From Bacillota bacterium (GTDB taxonomy: Bacteria > Bacillota > Bacilli > Paenibacillales > NBRC-103111), in NCBI GenBank assembly GCA_023388055.1, contig JAEWGW010000026.1, forward strand, positions 11,637 to 75,636: DNA of 64,000 nt, read 5' to 3'. Shown piece after piece: positions 39,004 through 48,123 of the stretch. Numbering within the stretch: the stretch's first letter is position 1; every line of letters begins with the position of its first letter. The notes below the pieces were generated by a model that saw only the letters and a list, made by a program, of their open reading frames with translations, was not told the DNA's origin and ran no database searches. Position numbers and translations under genes: made by a program.

Positions 39004-40203
39004 TTATTGGAGGTTAACGCCTTCACGCAGCCGGGTTATAATCTCGAAGCAGGCCCTGCCGTTATGGTAGGGGCATTTCCATTCACTAACCTTGGGGTCT
39101 TCTTGAGCCGGGGTTCCGGCCCGGTCTGTTTTCCAGAACCATTCTCCGTTGGTTCTGTCCAGCAGATGGTCCCGTGTGAAGCTCCAGCAGCTGGCCGCCG
39201 CTTGCCAGTACCGCTCCTCGCCGGAGAGCTGCCAGGCGTTGACGAAGCCAACAACGGCTTCGGCTTGGCCCCACCAATGTTTATCTCCGTCCAGCACACC
39301 TGCTGCGCCGCCTTCCCACATAACACCACCGTCCGTATCCACACCCTTGCGCAGTACGGCGTCCGCCATTCCCAGCGCAACCTCCCGGGTGCGGGCGAGA
39401 AGCGCCTCATCCCCGAGAACCTCGGCAGCCTCCAGCAGCAGCCAGCTGCCTTCTATATCATGACCGTAGGAGATCATATCGGACTTACTGGTCCAATCTT
39501 CTTCAAAGAACATCAGGAAATGTTCGTTCTCCCGGTTGACAATATGCTGCAGCGTATCCTCCAGCAGCCGCCGCAGCTGAGTCTCCAGCCTGCTGCTCCT
39601 GCATACCCGGAAGTAATTCGTATACGCTTCCAGAATGTGCAGGTGGGTGTTCATGGTTTTGACCGCATTCCGGTCCTGCTCGCCCAGACGCAGGCTGTTG
39701 TCCCGGGACCAATCCCGGGCAAACACATCCACGTAACCGCTGTGCACCGGGTCAAAGCTTTTTTCGATAATCTCAAACAGCTCTCCCGCTAAATCCGACA
39801 GCTCCGTCCTGTCTGTAGCCAGAATATATTCCGTAATGCCGTAAAGGTAAAAGGCCTGGCCGTAGATCTGTTTTTTGGTGTCAAGCGGCTGCCCCAGATG
39901 ATCCACTGTCCAGAAAAGACCAGGATGCAAAGTGTCCCGGAAGCGGGTCTCCAGGTAGTGGAGAGCCCTGTCGGCCATCATCCGGTATTCCGGGCGGGGC
40001 TCGTGGCGGTAGGCCCGGGCAAAGGTCCAGAGAATCCGGGCATGCAGTACAAGGCCTTTGGGCGCTTGCGGATGAACGGTCATGTTGGAGTCGATGCGGC
40101 CGATAAAACCGCCGTTTTTATGATCCTGCGTATGCGTGAGCCAAAACTGCAGAATATTGTCCAATTCCGCAGACATCTCCTGCAAAAGCTGTTGGGGCTG
40201 CAT
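39004..40203 (-). CDS. Cellobiose 2-epimerase (AGE family)
   Basis: ARILWTF, KQIYGQAF, KTMNTHLH.LEAY, SYGHDIE.SWL, WW.QAE, WKCPYHN.R. Confidence 0.92.
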   Translation of the reverse strand: MQPQQLLQEMSAELDNILQFWLTHTQDHKNGGFIGRIDSNMTVHPQAPKGLVLHARILWTFARAYRHEPRPEYRMMADRALHYLETRFRDTLHPGLFWTVDHLGQPLDTKKQIYGQAFYLYGITEYILATDRTELSDLAGELFEIIEKSFDPVHSGYVDVFARDWSRDNSLRLGEQDRNAVKTMNTHLHILEAYTNYFRVCRSSRLETQLRRLLEDTLQHIVNRENEHFLMFFEEDWTSKSDMISYGHDIEGSWLLLEAAEVLGDEALLARTREVALGMADAVLRKGVDTDGGVMWEGGAAGVLDGDKHWWGQAEAVVGFVNAWQLSGEERYWQAAASCWSFTRDHLLDRTNGEWFWKTDRAGTPAQEDPKVSEWKCPYHNGRACFEIITRLREGVNLQ

Positions 40204-40356
40204 AATGGTTTACCTCCTGTGTTAGCTAATTGCTATCAGTGTAAACCCGTCATTTTGCTAACGTCAACGAAAAAGAGGCTAACAAAAATTCTTGTAAACA
40301 ACTCCTTCATCCTTTAGTATAAGTTGTAGCGAAGCAGAGGGATTATGGGGGTTACC

Positions 40357-41436
40357 ATGGATAAAAAGGTTAGCATGCAGCAGATTGCGGATATGGTGGG
40401 CTTGTCCAAATATGCTGTATCCAAGGCTTTGGCGGGGAAAAGCGGAGTCAGTGCCAAAACCAGGGAGCGGATTATAGAAGCCGCCACCCAACTGGGGTAT
40501 TTTAAGCAAAAGAGGCTTCAAAAGCCTGCAGAGGAATATGCTAAATCCGGCTCTGCAGCCTCGGCCGGTCTCCGGTTAGAGCCAAACAAACGGGCGGTAG
40601 TGGCTGTATTGATGCCTAACGTTAGGCTGCAGAATATGGATTCGGGGTTTTGGGGTGTCATTGTAAATGGAATCGGCTATGCCCTATCCCGTTTGAACCT
40701 GGGCATGCTGATTCTGACGGAGCACACGGCGGAGCATCTGCAAACCCTCCTGAAGCCCGAGCGGCTTCTGGGGGTGATTGGCGTAGGCGAAATCTCCACC
40801 TCTATGCTATTGGAAGTACAGCGTCTGGGGTTGCCCTTCGTATTGACAGATCATGAGGATTCCCTGGTGCCGTCCGATACGGTGTTCGCCTCCAATATGG
40901 ACAGCATGGCCGCGTTGACCGGACATTTGCTGGCTTTGGGCCACAGAGCCTTCTGGTTTCTGGGAGATACAGGGTTCTCCAGAAGCTTCACCGACAGGTG
41001 GATGGGCTACCGCAAGGCGCTGGAGGAGCAGGGCATCCAGGTGGAGCCGCATACAGATAAGCTGCCCCTTTCGGGAACCGACAGAGAGGGCAACATCCGC
41101 TTGCTGCAGAAGCAATTGGACGGAATGCCGGCTGGACATCCATCCTTGCCTACAGCATGGGTTTGCGCCAACGACGAGATTGCTATGGCCGCCTTGGCAG
41201 TGTTGGAGGAGAAGGGAATCCGGGTTCCGGAGCAGGTGTCCGTTACAGGGTTCGATGATATCGGAGAGAGCCGTGAGGCCCACGTTCCGCTAACCACCGT
41301 CCATGTCAAAAAAGTGCAACTGGGAGAAAGGGCTGTTGCCGCCCTTCTGGACCGTACCCGGAACCCGGATAAACCCTTCGAGAAAATCAGCCTGGCTTGC
41401 GAGCTGGTTTTTCGCAGCTCCACAGCAGCCCAATAG
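40357..41436 (+). CDS. LacI-family regulator
   Basis: SMQQIA..VGLSKYAVSKAL HTH; CANDEIA, VSVTGFDD, LTTV; alternative start 40345. Confidence 0.92.
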   Translation: MDKKVSMQQIADMVGLSKYAVSKALAGKSGVSAKTRERIIEAATQLGYFKQKRLQKPAEEYAKSGSAASAGLRLEPNKRAVVAVLMPNVRLQNMDSGFWGVIVNGIGYALSRLNLGMLILTEHTAEHLQTLLKPERLLGVIGVGEISTSMLLEVQRLGLPFVLTDHEDSLVPSDTVFASNMDSMAALTGHLLALGHRAFWFLGDTGFSRSFTDRWMGYRKALEEQGIQVEPHTDKLPLSGTDREGNIRLLQKQLDGMPAGHPSLPTAWVCANDEIAMAALAVLEEKGIRVPEQVSVTGFDDIGESREAHVPLTTVHVKKVQLGERAVAALLDRTRNPDKPFEKISLACELVFRSSTAAQ

Positions 41437-41455
41437 GAAGTATCCGTTACTAGGT

Positions 41456-42169
41456 TTATTGGAGTTCAATCATTCGGGCGATGACCTGCTCCTCATACTG
41501 GGCTCTGGTAGAGTTGGCTTCCCGCTCCACCTGCTCCATATGCAGGACACTGCTTGCTTGGACATGCTTCCTGTACTGCACCGTGCTTTTGTCCATAAAA
41601 TGAAAATCCGTCCCGGACACCAGCAGCCGGTACCACATATCAAAGTCATGGGTAAACGGAAGCTTCTCGTTAAACAGTTGGAATTTCACCAGCAGGCTTC
41701 TGAACACAACAACGGTGCAGCCGTTGATGGGATTGCCCCAGAGCATGTGGCGGAGAAGCTCAAGCGTATTGGAAAATTTGGCTGCCGCCGCGGTTTTGAT
41801 CATCGTCCCGGTTTCATCGATCAGGTCAAAATTGCTGAAGCTCGCCTCTGCCTTGCGTTCTTCCATAAACGCAATCTGGCTTTCCAGCTTGTCAGGATAA
41901 TAAATATCATCCGAGCTAAGCCAGGAGATGTAAGCCCCGCCGGCAAGTCGGATCCCCCTGTTTAATGCGCTGGCGGTGCCGCCATTGGGCTTGCGGATGT
42001 AACGGATATGTTTGGTGTACGGTTTTATCAGCGGCACATGTTTGGAGGAGCCGTCGTCGATGACGATAACTTCTACGTTGGGATAGGTTTGTTGAAGCGC
42101 GCTTTCGATAGCCCGGTCTACATACGGACAATTATAGAATGGAATCAGAATGGAAACTTTGGCCGGCAT
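41456..42169 (-). CDS. GT2 glycosyltransferase
   Basis: VSILIPFYN, IDDGS, NGGTASALN.G, WLSSDD, HDFDMW. Confidence 0.92.
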   Translation of the reverse strand: MPAKVSILIPFYNCPYVDRAIESALQQTYPNVEVIVIDDGSSKHVPLIKPYTKHIRYIRKPNGGTASALNRGIRLAGGAYISWLSSDDIYYPDKLESQIAFMEERKAEASFSNFDLIDETGTMIKTAAAAKFSNTLELLRHMLWGNPINGCTVVVFRSLLVKFQLFNEKLPFTHDFDMWYRLLVSGTDFHFMDKSTVQYRKHVQASSVLHMEQVEREANSTRAQYEEQVIARMIELQ

Positions 42170-42408
42170 CAGGTCTACGCTCCTTCATGACGGGTCTGGA
42201 GCAATTCTGCTGGTACTGCTGCCATTACCGTCGATATGTCCTATTGGTCTATCATATTCCGGGCTTGTGTGAATGAAACGGGAAGGCTATCCATTTTTCC
42301 GTGCGTGTGCGGATTTTTCTGGGTATCCGTTGCATCTGCAGGTTCTTGCACACCCTTGGTGCATCTTCGAAATATAATATTTCGAATCCACACCAGGAGG
42401 TGATTGTA

Positions 42409-42843
42409 TTGGGTATTTTAATTGATGGAAGAACGTCCCAGAATGCCAGCACTTCCAACTCTATTGCCATTCCGATTCTGGTCATCAACACTCCGCAGCT
42501 TTTCGGCCAGATTGGCTTGAACGCTGATGGGGCCACAGGCACTCCTCGGGTCCTGTTGACGGGCACCATCGCTCTCCAGCTTCCATTGGCATTGGTAGGG
42601 ATTACCGTCACTGTAGTGAGAGGCACCTTGGCTACCGATCCTGTCGTGTATTCGGCAACCTCTACCTTCGATCTTGATGTTCTTGCACCGCAGATCATCA
42701 CATTCTCCGCAGCTGATTATAATCCGACGCTGACACCGTTGCTGACGTACACTTCTTTTGTTTCCGCTAACCTCCTGGGCACCATCCGGGTAGGGCCGGA
42801 GAATTTCAACGGCATCCTGATTGCCGACGGGCTTAGCGCATAG
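42409..42843 (+). CDS. Hypothetical beta-rich protein (possibly spore-surface related)
   Basis: TTG start after AGGAGGTG RBS; 144 aa rich in Thr/Ile/Val/Gly; followed by a terminator. Confidence 0.7.
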   Translation: MGILIDGRTSQNASTSNSIAIPILVINTPQLFGQIGLNADGATGTPRVLLTGTIALQLPLALVGITVTVVRGTLATDPVVYSATSTFDLDVLAPQIITFSAADYNPTLTPLLTYTSFVSANLLGTIRVGPENFNGILIADGLSA

Positions 42844-42862
42844 TGAGTCCTTGCTGTATAGC

Positions 42863-42903
42863 AAACCGGAACCCGGATTAAGGGTGTCCGGTTTTTTGTT
42901 TTT
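42863..42903 (+). terminator. Intrinsic terminator
   Basis: AAACCGGA.ACCC...GGGTGTCCGGTTTTTTG. Confidence 0.8.
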
Positions 42904-42939
42904 GTATTTACGGGAACAAATGTTCTTGGTGAAACATCT

Positions 42940-43001
42940 TAAATTCCCGCATATCAAACTGAAAAAACCGCATACTAAAAATTTTGGGGGTATGATAGTC
43001 T
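42940..43001 (+). promoter_or_regulatory. 21-bp-pitch direct repeat plus extended -10
   Basis: TAAATTCCCGCAT (42940), GAAAAAACCGCAT (42961), TGnTAGTCT (42993-43001). Confidence 0.65.
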
Positions 43002-43084
43002 TAAATCACGGAAGGGGAACAGAAATAATTCCAGTCAGGTTCTCCGGAAGCAAGCTTGATTATATAAGGGGAGGCTAAATACAA

Positions 43085-44446
43085 ATGGCACTTACCAAAA
43101 AAGCGTTAGCAGTATCCGTTTCGGGAGCGATGGCAATATCGCTGGTTCTGACCGCATGCGGCGGAGATAAATCCTCCGGCTCGGACGTTAGTCCGGCTGC
43201 ATCCACAGGAGCAACAACGGCGGCCAGCACGGCGCCGAAGAAAAATGTGAGCTTCACCATCGGCTACGCCACCGGCGACCCGGCATCCAAACAAGCCATG
43301 GCAGATGCTGTAGCGGCGTTCACCAAAGCGAATCCCAATATCAAAATTACCGATCTCTCCGAAGGCGGTATGGCTTCTTACCTGGATTGGCTGAAGACCA
43401 AGGATGCCGTCGGCGAATTCCCCGATCTGGTAGAGATGCGCGATACCCAATTGTTCTCCGAAGCTGGCAAAATCGCCGAGCTTCCCGCCGAATGGCTGAG
43501 CCTGTTCTCCGATGCACCGAAGCTGAACGGCAAGAACTGGACGGCGCCTATTGCAGGCACGGCACCCCAAGGCATTATCTACAGCAAGAAGGCGTATGCT
43601 GATGCCGGAGTGACCGCCGAGCCCAAAACCTACGACGAATTCCTGGCCATCCAAGAGAAGCTGAAGGCAAAGGGAATCACACCGATCACCTTCGGCGGCA
43701 AGGATATTTTCCACTGGGGCTTCTGGATTAATAAATTCTTCATGGACGGCATGCTGGCGGATGACCCTAACTGGAACTCCAAACGGACCAAGGGTCAAGC
43801 AAGCTTTACGGACGAGGCACCGCTGAAAGCCATGCAGGACTTCACGGATTTGTTCACCAAGGGTTATGTGGAAAAGGGCTTCTTGAGCACGGCGGACAAT
43901 CAGACGGCCTCCATGCTGGTAACCGGCAAAGCCGCCCAATTGTTCTCGGGACCGTGGATGTTCTCCCAGATCAGCCAAGCTGATCCCAAGTTCGACTACG
44001 GCTGGTACCCTGTGCCGGACCGCAAGGGCAGAGTGATTGTCAACGGTCTGAACACCCTTCAGGGCTGGTCCATCTCCACCAAGGCCAATGGCGATGCCGA
44101 CAAAAAAGCGGCGATTACGGAATTTGTAAAGTTCTTCTTTTCCAAGGACCAATACACCAAATATATGAAGTCTGTTAACGGCATTCCGACCACCAAGGAA
44201 GCGATTACCTATGAGGCCGTTCCCCAAATGCAGCGGGTGCTGGAGGTTATGAATGACAGCAAAACCATCAAGAGCCTGCAGATCAACTCCTTCTGGGGAG
44301 AAAATCAAATGCCGCCCCAATGGCGCAACTGGTTCTACAAGATGGCTCAGGAATGGCTGACCAAGGGCGACTTCAGCGTGGAATATTTGAAGAAGGCCGA
44401 TGCTGAGTGGGATGCCAATATCAAGGCGAACGCAGCGGGAAAATAA
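43085..44446 (+). CDS. Sugar-binding lipoprotein (CUT1 ABC)
   Basis: Lipobox LTAC; PKTYDEF, GKAAQLFSGPW. Confidence 0.92.
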   Translation: MALTKKALAVSVSGAMAISLVLTACGGDKSSGSDVSPAASTGATTAASTAPKKNVSFTIGYATGDPASKQAMADAVAAFTKANPNIKITDLSEGGMASYLDWLKTKDAVGEFPDLVEMRDTQLFSEAGKIAELPAEWLSLFSDAPKLNGKNWTAPIAGTAPQGIIYSKKAYADAGVTAEPKTYDEFLAIQEKLKAKGITPITFGGKDIFHWGFWINKFFMDGMLADDPNWNSKRTKGQASFTDEAPLKAMQDFTDLFTKGYVEKGFLSTADNQTASMLVTGKAAQLFSGPWMFSQISQADPKFDYGWYPVPDRKGRVIVNGLNTLQGWSISTKANGDADKKAAITEFVKFFFSKDQYTKYMKSVNGIPTTKEAITYEAVPQMQRVLEVMNDSKTIKSLQINSFWGENQMPPQWRNWFYKMAQEWLTKGDFSVEYLKKADAEWDANIKANAAGK

Positions 44447-44530
44447 GATAAACAGGGAATGGGGCAACCTTCCAGGCAAACCCGGGCAAGGCTGCCCCTT
44501 CCTTAAATTGCTGTTCTTAGGAGTGAGAGT

Positions 44531-45457
44531 ATGGCAAATACAGAGACCATTCAAGCTGCAACAACCCGGGCGGTGTCCAAAAAGAAAAAGTGGCCTGCTT
44601 TCTCGATATTGTTCATTCTGCCTTCCTTTATCTTGTATACCTTGTTCGTGATTTATCCGACCTTAAACAGCTTTAATCTGAGCTTCACCAACTGGGATGG
44701 GGTTAGCGACACCATTCATTACATCGGCTTTGATAATTTTGTGGAGATGTTCCACAGTGAGCGTGTCTATAATGCCTTGAAAAATACATTGATTATCTCC
44801 ATCTCCCTGGTGGTGCTGGAGAATATTCTGGCCATTATGCTGGCGATGCTGGTGGATCAGGTGAAGTGGTTCAAGAATCTCTTCCGCAGTATTTTTTATT
44901 TCCCGGTGCTGCTGAGCGGCATTGTAATGGGCTTTGTATGGGCCATCATTTTCAACTACAACTTCGGTGTCATCAACCAGCTTCTGGAGCGGATCGGGCT
45001 GGAGAGCTTGAAGGTGGACTGGCTGGGCAGCCCCAAATATGCTCTGTTGGCCATTATTATCACCACCGTCTGGAAAGGCGCCGGCTATTATATGATTATT
45101 TATCTGGCCGGTCTTCAGGGTATTCCCCCCGAGCTTCATGAGGCTGCTGCTATTGACGGAGCCAACGGCTGGCAGCAATTCCGGCATGTAACCTTCCCTC
45201 TGCTGGCAGGGGCCATGACGGTATCCGTAATGCTTTCGATGATCAGCGCTTTGAAAATTTTCGACCAGATTGCCGTTATGACGGACGGGGGACCGGGCTT
45301 CGCAACGGAAACCCTCACGTATATCGTGTACAAGGTGGGCTTCGGTGAGCTGCGTCAGGGCTACGGCACCGCATTGTCTCTGGTACTATTCGTCCTGATT
45401 CTCGTCGTATCCTTAATTCAGGCCAAGTTGCTGCGGCAGCGGGAGGTGCAGATGTAA
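44531..45457 (+). CDS. Carbohydrate ABC permease
   Basis: SFTNW, EAAAIDGA, TDGGP. Confidence 0.93.
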   Translation: MANTETIQAATTRAVSKKKKWPAFSILFILPSFILYTLFVIYPTLNSFNLSFTNWDGVSDTIHYIGFDNFVEMFHSERVYNALKNTLIISISLVVLENILAIMLAMLVDQVKWFKNLFRSIFYFPVLLSGIVMGFVWAIIFNYNFGVINQLLERIGLESLKVDWLGSPKYALLAIIITTVWKGAGYYMIIYLAGLQGIPPELHEAAAIDGANGWQQFRHVTFPLLAGAMTVSVMLSMISALKIFDQIAVMTDGGPGFATETLTYIVYKVGFGELRQGYGTALSLVLFVLILVVSLIQAKLLRQREVQM

Positions 45458-45458
45458 G

Positions 45459-46286
45459 ATGAACAAATCTAAGAAATGGATCGATATCGCATTATTGGTT
45501 TTAGCCATCTTATTGAGCATCTTCTTTTTCTTCCCGGTCTACTTCAGCCTGATTTCGGCCTTTAAATCCAATGGTGAAATTTTGCGGGATGCCATTGCCC
45601 TGCCTTCGAGCTTCTATCTGGAAAGCTTCAAATACTTGCTTATGGAGACAGATTTTCCAAGAGCTATGTTAAACAGTCTAATATTAACGGTTGTGTCCAT
45701 TGCCTTCATGATCCTGCTGATTCCTATGGCGGCGTATGCCATTGAACGGACCAAACGGAAGTGGAGCAATGCGGTCTATATTTATTACCTGGCAGGTATG
45801 ATGATCCCGTTCCAGGTTTATATGATTCCCCTCTTTAAGGAAATGCGTACACTGGGGCTTTATGGAACCTTAACCGCCCCGATTCTGATTTATATCTCCG
45901 GCTCGGTGGGGATGGGGGTGCTGCTGTTCACCAGCTTCATCAAGGGTATTCCGGCGGAGATCGAGGAGGCGGCAGCCATCGACGGCTGCTCCCGGTTCCG
46001 GATTTTCTGGCAAATCGTATTCCCGCTGTTGGGTCCCTGTACGGCAAGTATGGTGGTGCTGCAGGGTTTAGGAATCTGGAACGACTTCCTGATGCCTAGC
46101 CTGATCCTCCATTCGGACAAACGGACCATGATTGTGGAAATCTTCAAGTTCGTCGGCGAGCTGGCTTCCCAGTGGGATATGGTGTTCGCCGGAACTACCA
46201 TGTCTATTATTCCGGTGCTGATTGTTTTTGTGGCTCTGCAAAAGTATTTTGTCAAAGGGATTGCCGCCGGCGCCACCAAAGGGTAA
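45459..46286 (+). CDS. Carbohydrate ABC permease
   Basis: EEAAAIDG, WNDFL, QKYFVKG...GATKG. Confidence 0.93.
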   Translation: MNKSKKWIDIALLVLAILLSIFFFFPVYFSLISAFKSNGEILRDAIALPSSFYLESFKYLLMETDFPRAMLNSLILTVVSIAFMILLIPMAAYAIERTKRKWSNAVYIYYLAGMMIPFQVYMIPLFKEMRTLGLYGTLTAPILIYISGSVGMGVLLFTSFIKGIPAEIEEAAAIDGCSRFRIFWQIVFPLLGPCTASMVVLQGLGIWNDFLMPSLILHSDKRTMIVEIFKFVGELASQWDMVFAGTTMSIIPVLIVFVALQKYFVKGIAAGATKG

Positions 46287-46296
46287 ACCCATCCAT

Positions 46297-46329
46297 AAGC
46301 CGCTTCTGGAGTGTTCAGGGGCGGTTTTT
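46297..46329 (+). terminator. Intrinsic terminator
   Basis: AAGCCGCTTCTG...CAGGGGCGGTTTTT. Confidence 0.75.
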
Positions 46330-46445
46330 ACCCCATTTTGGATGAAAAATCGGGGTTATCGTTAAAAAAACCATCCTGATGGCGCTCTGCCCGGAAGGTA
46401 GAATAGGTTGGAAGTTCATGTCCTATAGAGAGAGGAACCGATCAG

Positions 46446-47888
46446 ATGAGCAAAGTAGTTGTGTATGGAGCTCCCAAGGGAGCTGTTGGCCGGGAGGATT
46501 TTGCCGTGCGTGTCCGGTTGCCGGGGGGAGAATGGCAGGACGTATTCGTGTATGAGGTAAAGGTGGATATGCATGATGTGGGTCGCGCTTCTATGGTGTA
46601 TTTTGATATGGAGGGGACCGTGGAGGTAGAGGTGGAAAGCTTGTCGGAGCCTGTGGAGCAGGTAATGATCCGGCCGCTGTCGGTGGGGATGGGGTACCGC
46701 AGGGAGGGGAACCGGATCAGCTTCAGACTGGACCGTCCGCAGAAGCTGTCCATTGAGGTGAACGGCCAACGGTTCTCCAATCTGCATCTGTTCGCTAATC
46801 CGCTGGAAACGGATGTGCCTGATCCGGAAGCGGATCACGTGCTGTTCCTGAAACCCGCCATCCACCGGACGGAGGATATTTACCGATTAGCCCAAACCCC
46901 CAAGGGGGCGGCCGGCAACACGCCGGATACGCTGTATTTCGGACCCGGCTTTCATTGGCTGGAGGAAGGGATTCTGCGCATCCCCTCGGGTACCACCGTT
47001 TATGTGGCGGGCGGAGCTGTTGTGGCAGGCTCCTTTGTATGCGAACGGGTGGAGGATGTGGTGATCCGCGGCAGAGGTCTGCTTTATTTGGCGGATTATC
47101 ACCGGTTTTCTGCACTGCGGGGTGTACGGATTGTGTTTTCCAGGAATATTGAGGTGGAAGGCATCATTGCTGTTGATCCTCCGCATTACAGCATTTATCT
47201 GGGGAAATCGGACCACGTCCGCATCCGCAACTTCAAATCCTTCAGCACCCGCGGCTGGTCGGATGGCATCGATATGATGGCCTGTTCGCATATAGAAGTT
47301 GACGATGTGTTCCTGCGCACCTCGGATGATTGCATCGCCATTTACGGTTCACGCTGGGATTATGTGGGAGACTCCCGGTATGTGACGGTGCGTAATTCGG
47401 TATTTTGGGCGGATGTGGCCCATCCGTTAATGATTGGCACCCATGGGGATCACCACAAGGATGGGGACACCATTGAGGATGTGCTGTTCGAAAATATTGA
47501 TATTCTCGAGCATCATGAGCCCCAGCCTAATTATATGGGAGCCATGGCCATCAACGCAGGGGATAAAAATACGGTGCGCCGGGTGGTATACCGGAGTATC
47601 CGGGTGGAGGATTTTGAGCTGGGTCGGCTTGTGGACATCCGGGTGATCTGGAATAAGGACTATAATCCCGTGCCGGGCAGACGGATTGAGGATATCCGGT
47701 TTGAAGGGATCGAATATAACGGCGCTAACCGAAACCCCAGTCAGATAATCGGATTTGATGAGGAACGGATGGTGACGGGAGTCCGGTTCTCCGGGCTGCG
47801 GATCAATGGTGAGGAGATTCTGGACCCGGCGCAGGGGAATTTCGAGATGAATGGCTATGCGGCAGACGTGACGTTCCTCCCGCTGTAG
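46446..47888 (+). CDS. Beta-helix glycoside hydrolase (GH28/GH49-like), paralog 1
   Basis: LYFGPG.H, VYVAGGA, WSDGID, RTSDDCIA; no signal peptide. Confidence 0.82.
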   Translation: MSKVVVYGAPKGAVGREDFAVRVRLPGGEWQDVFVYEVKVDMHDVGRASMVYFDMEGTVEVEVESLSEPVEQVMIRPLSVGMGYRREGNRISFRLDRPQKLSIEVNGQRFSNLHLFANPLETDVPDPEADHVLFLKPAIHRTEDIYRLAQTPKGAAGNTPDTLYFGPGFHWLEEGILRIPSGTTVYVAGGAVVAGSFVCERVEDVVIRGRGLLYLADYHRFSALRGVRIVFSRNIEVEGIIAVDPPHYSIYLGKSDHVRIRNFKSFSTRGWSDGIDMMACSHIEVDDVFLRTSDDCIAIYGSRWDYVGDSRYVTVRNSVFWADVAHPLMIGTHGDHHKDGDTIEDVLFENIDILEHHEPQPNYMGAMAINAGDKNTVRRVVYRSIRVEDFELGRLVDIRVIWNKDYNPVPGRRIEDIRFEGIEYNGANRNPSQIIGFDEERMVTGVRFSGLRINGEEILDPAQGNFEMNGYAADVTFLPL

Positions 47889-47954
47889 GGGGCGGGAGGC
47901 GGCAGGTGCAGCAATTTGCGGATACTAGAAGCCTAGATGCTTATTTTGTCCAGA

Positions 47955-48030
47955 AGGTCCCGCCACTGTTCCAACTCCGTCCCGCCACCGCTCTGCCACC
48001 GTCCCGCGACCGTTCCGCGACCGTTCGCGC
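47955..48030. repeat. 11-bp degenerate tandem repeat (~7 units, consensus CCGTYCCGCSA)
   Basis: ccgtcccgcca ccgctctgcca ccgtcccgcga ccgttccgcga at 47977-48020 plus degenerate flanking units. Confidence 0.75.
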
Positions 48031-48123
48031 CGGTCAACACCCTGGTTGGGCTTTCGCCTGCCAACCTGCTATGATAGAGCAAGCATAATCACCTACCACT
48101 CACCTGCTGGGGAGGGGCTCACG

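Noticed and set aside
43106..44554. Long antisense ORFs (also 5105-6460, 27079-28311, 33069-34406, 50186-51574, 59168-60364)
   Set aside because: Shadows of strongly codon-biased, GC-rich genes on the opposite strand; no motifs
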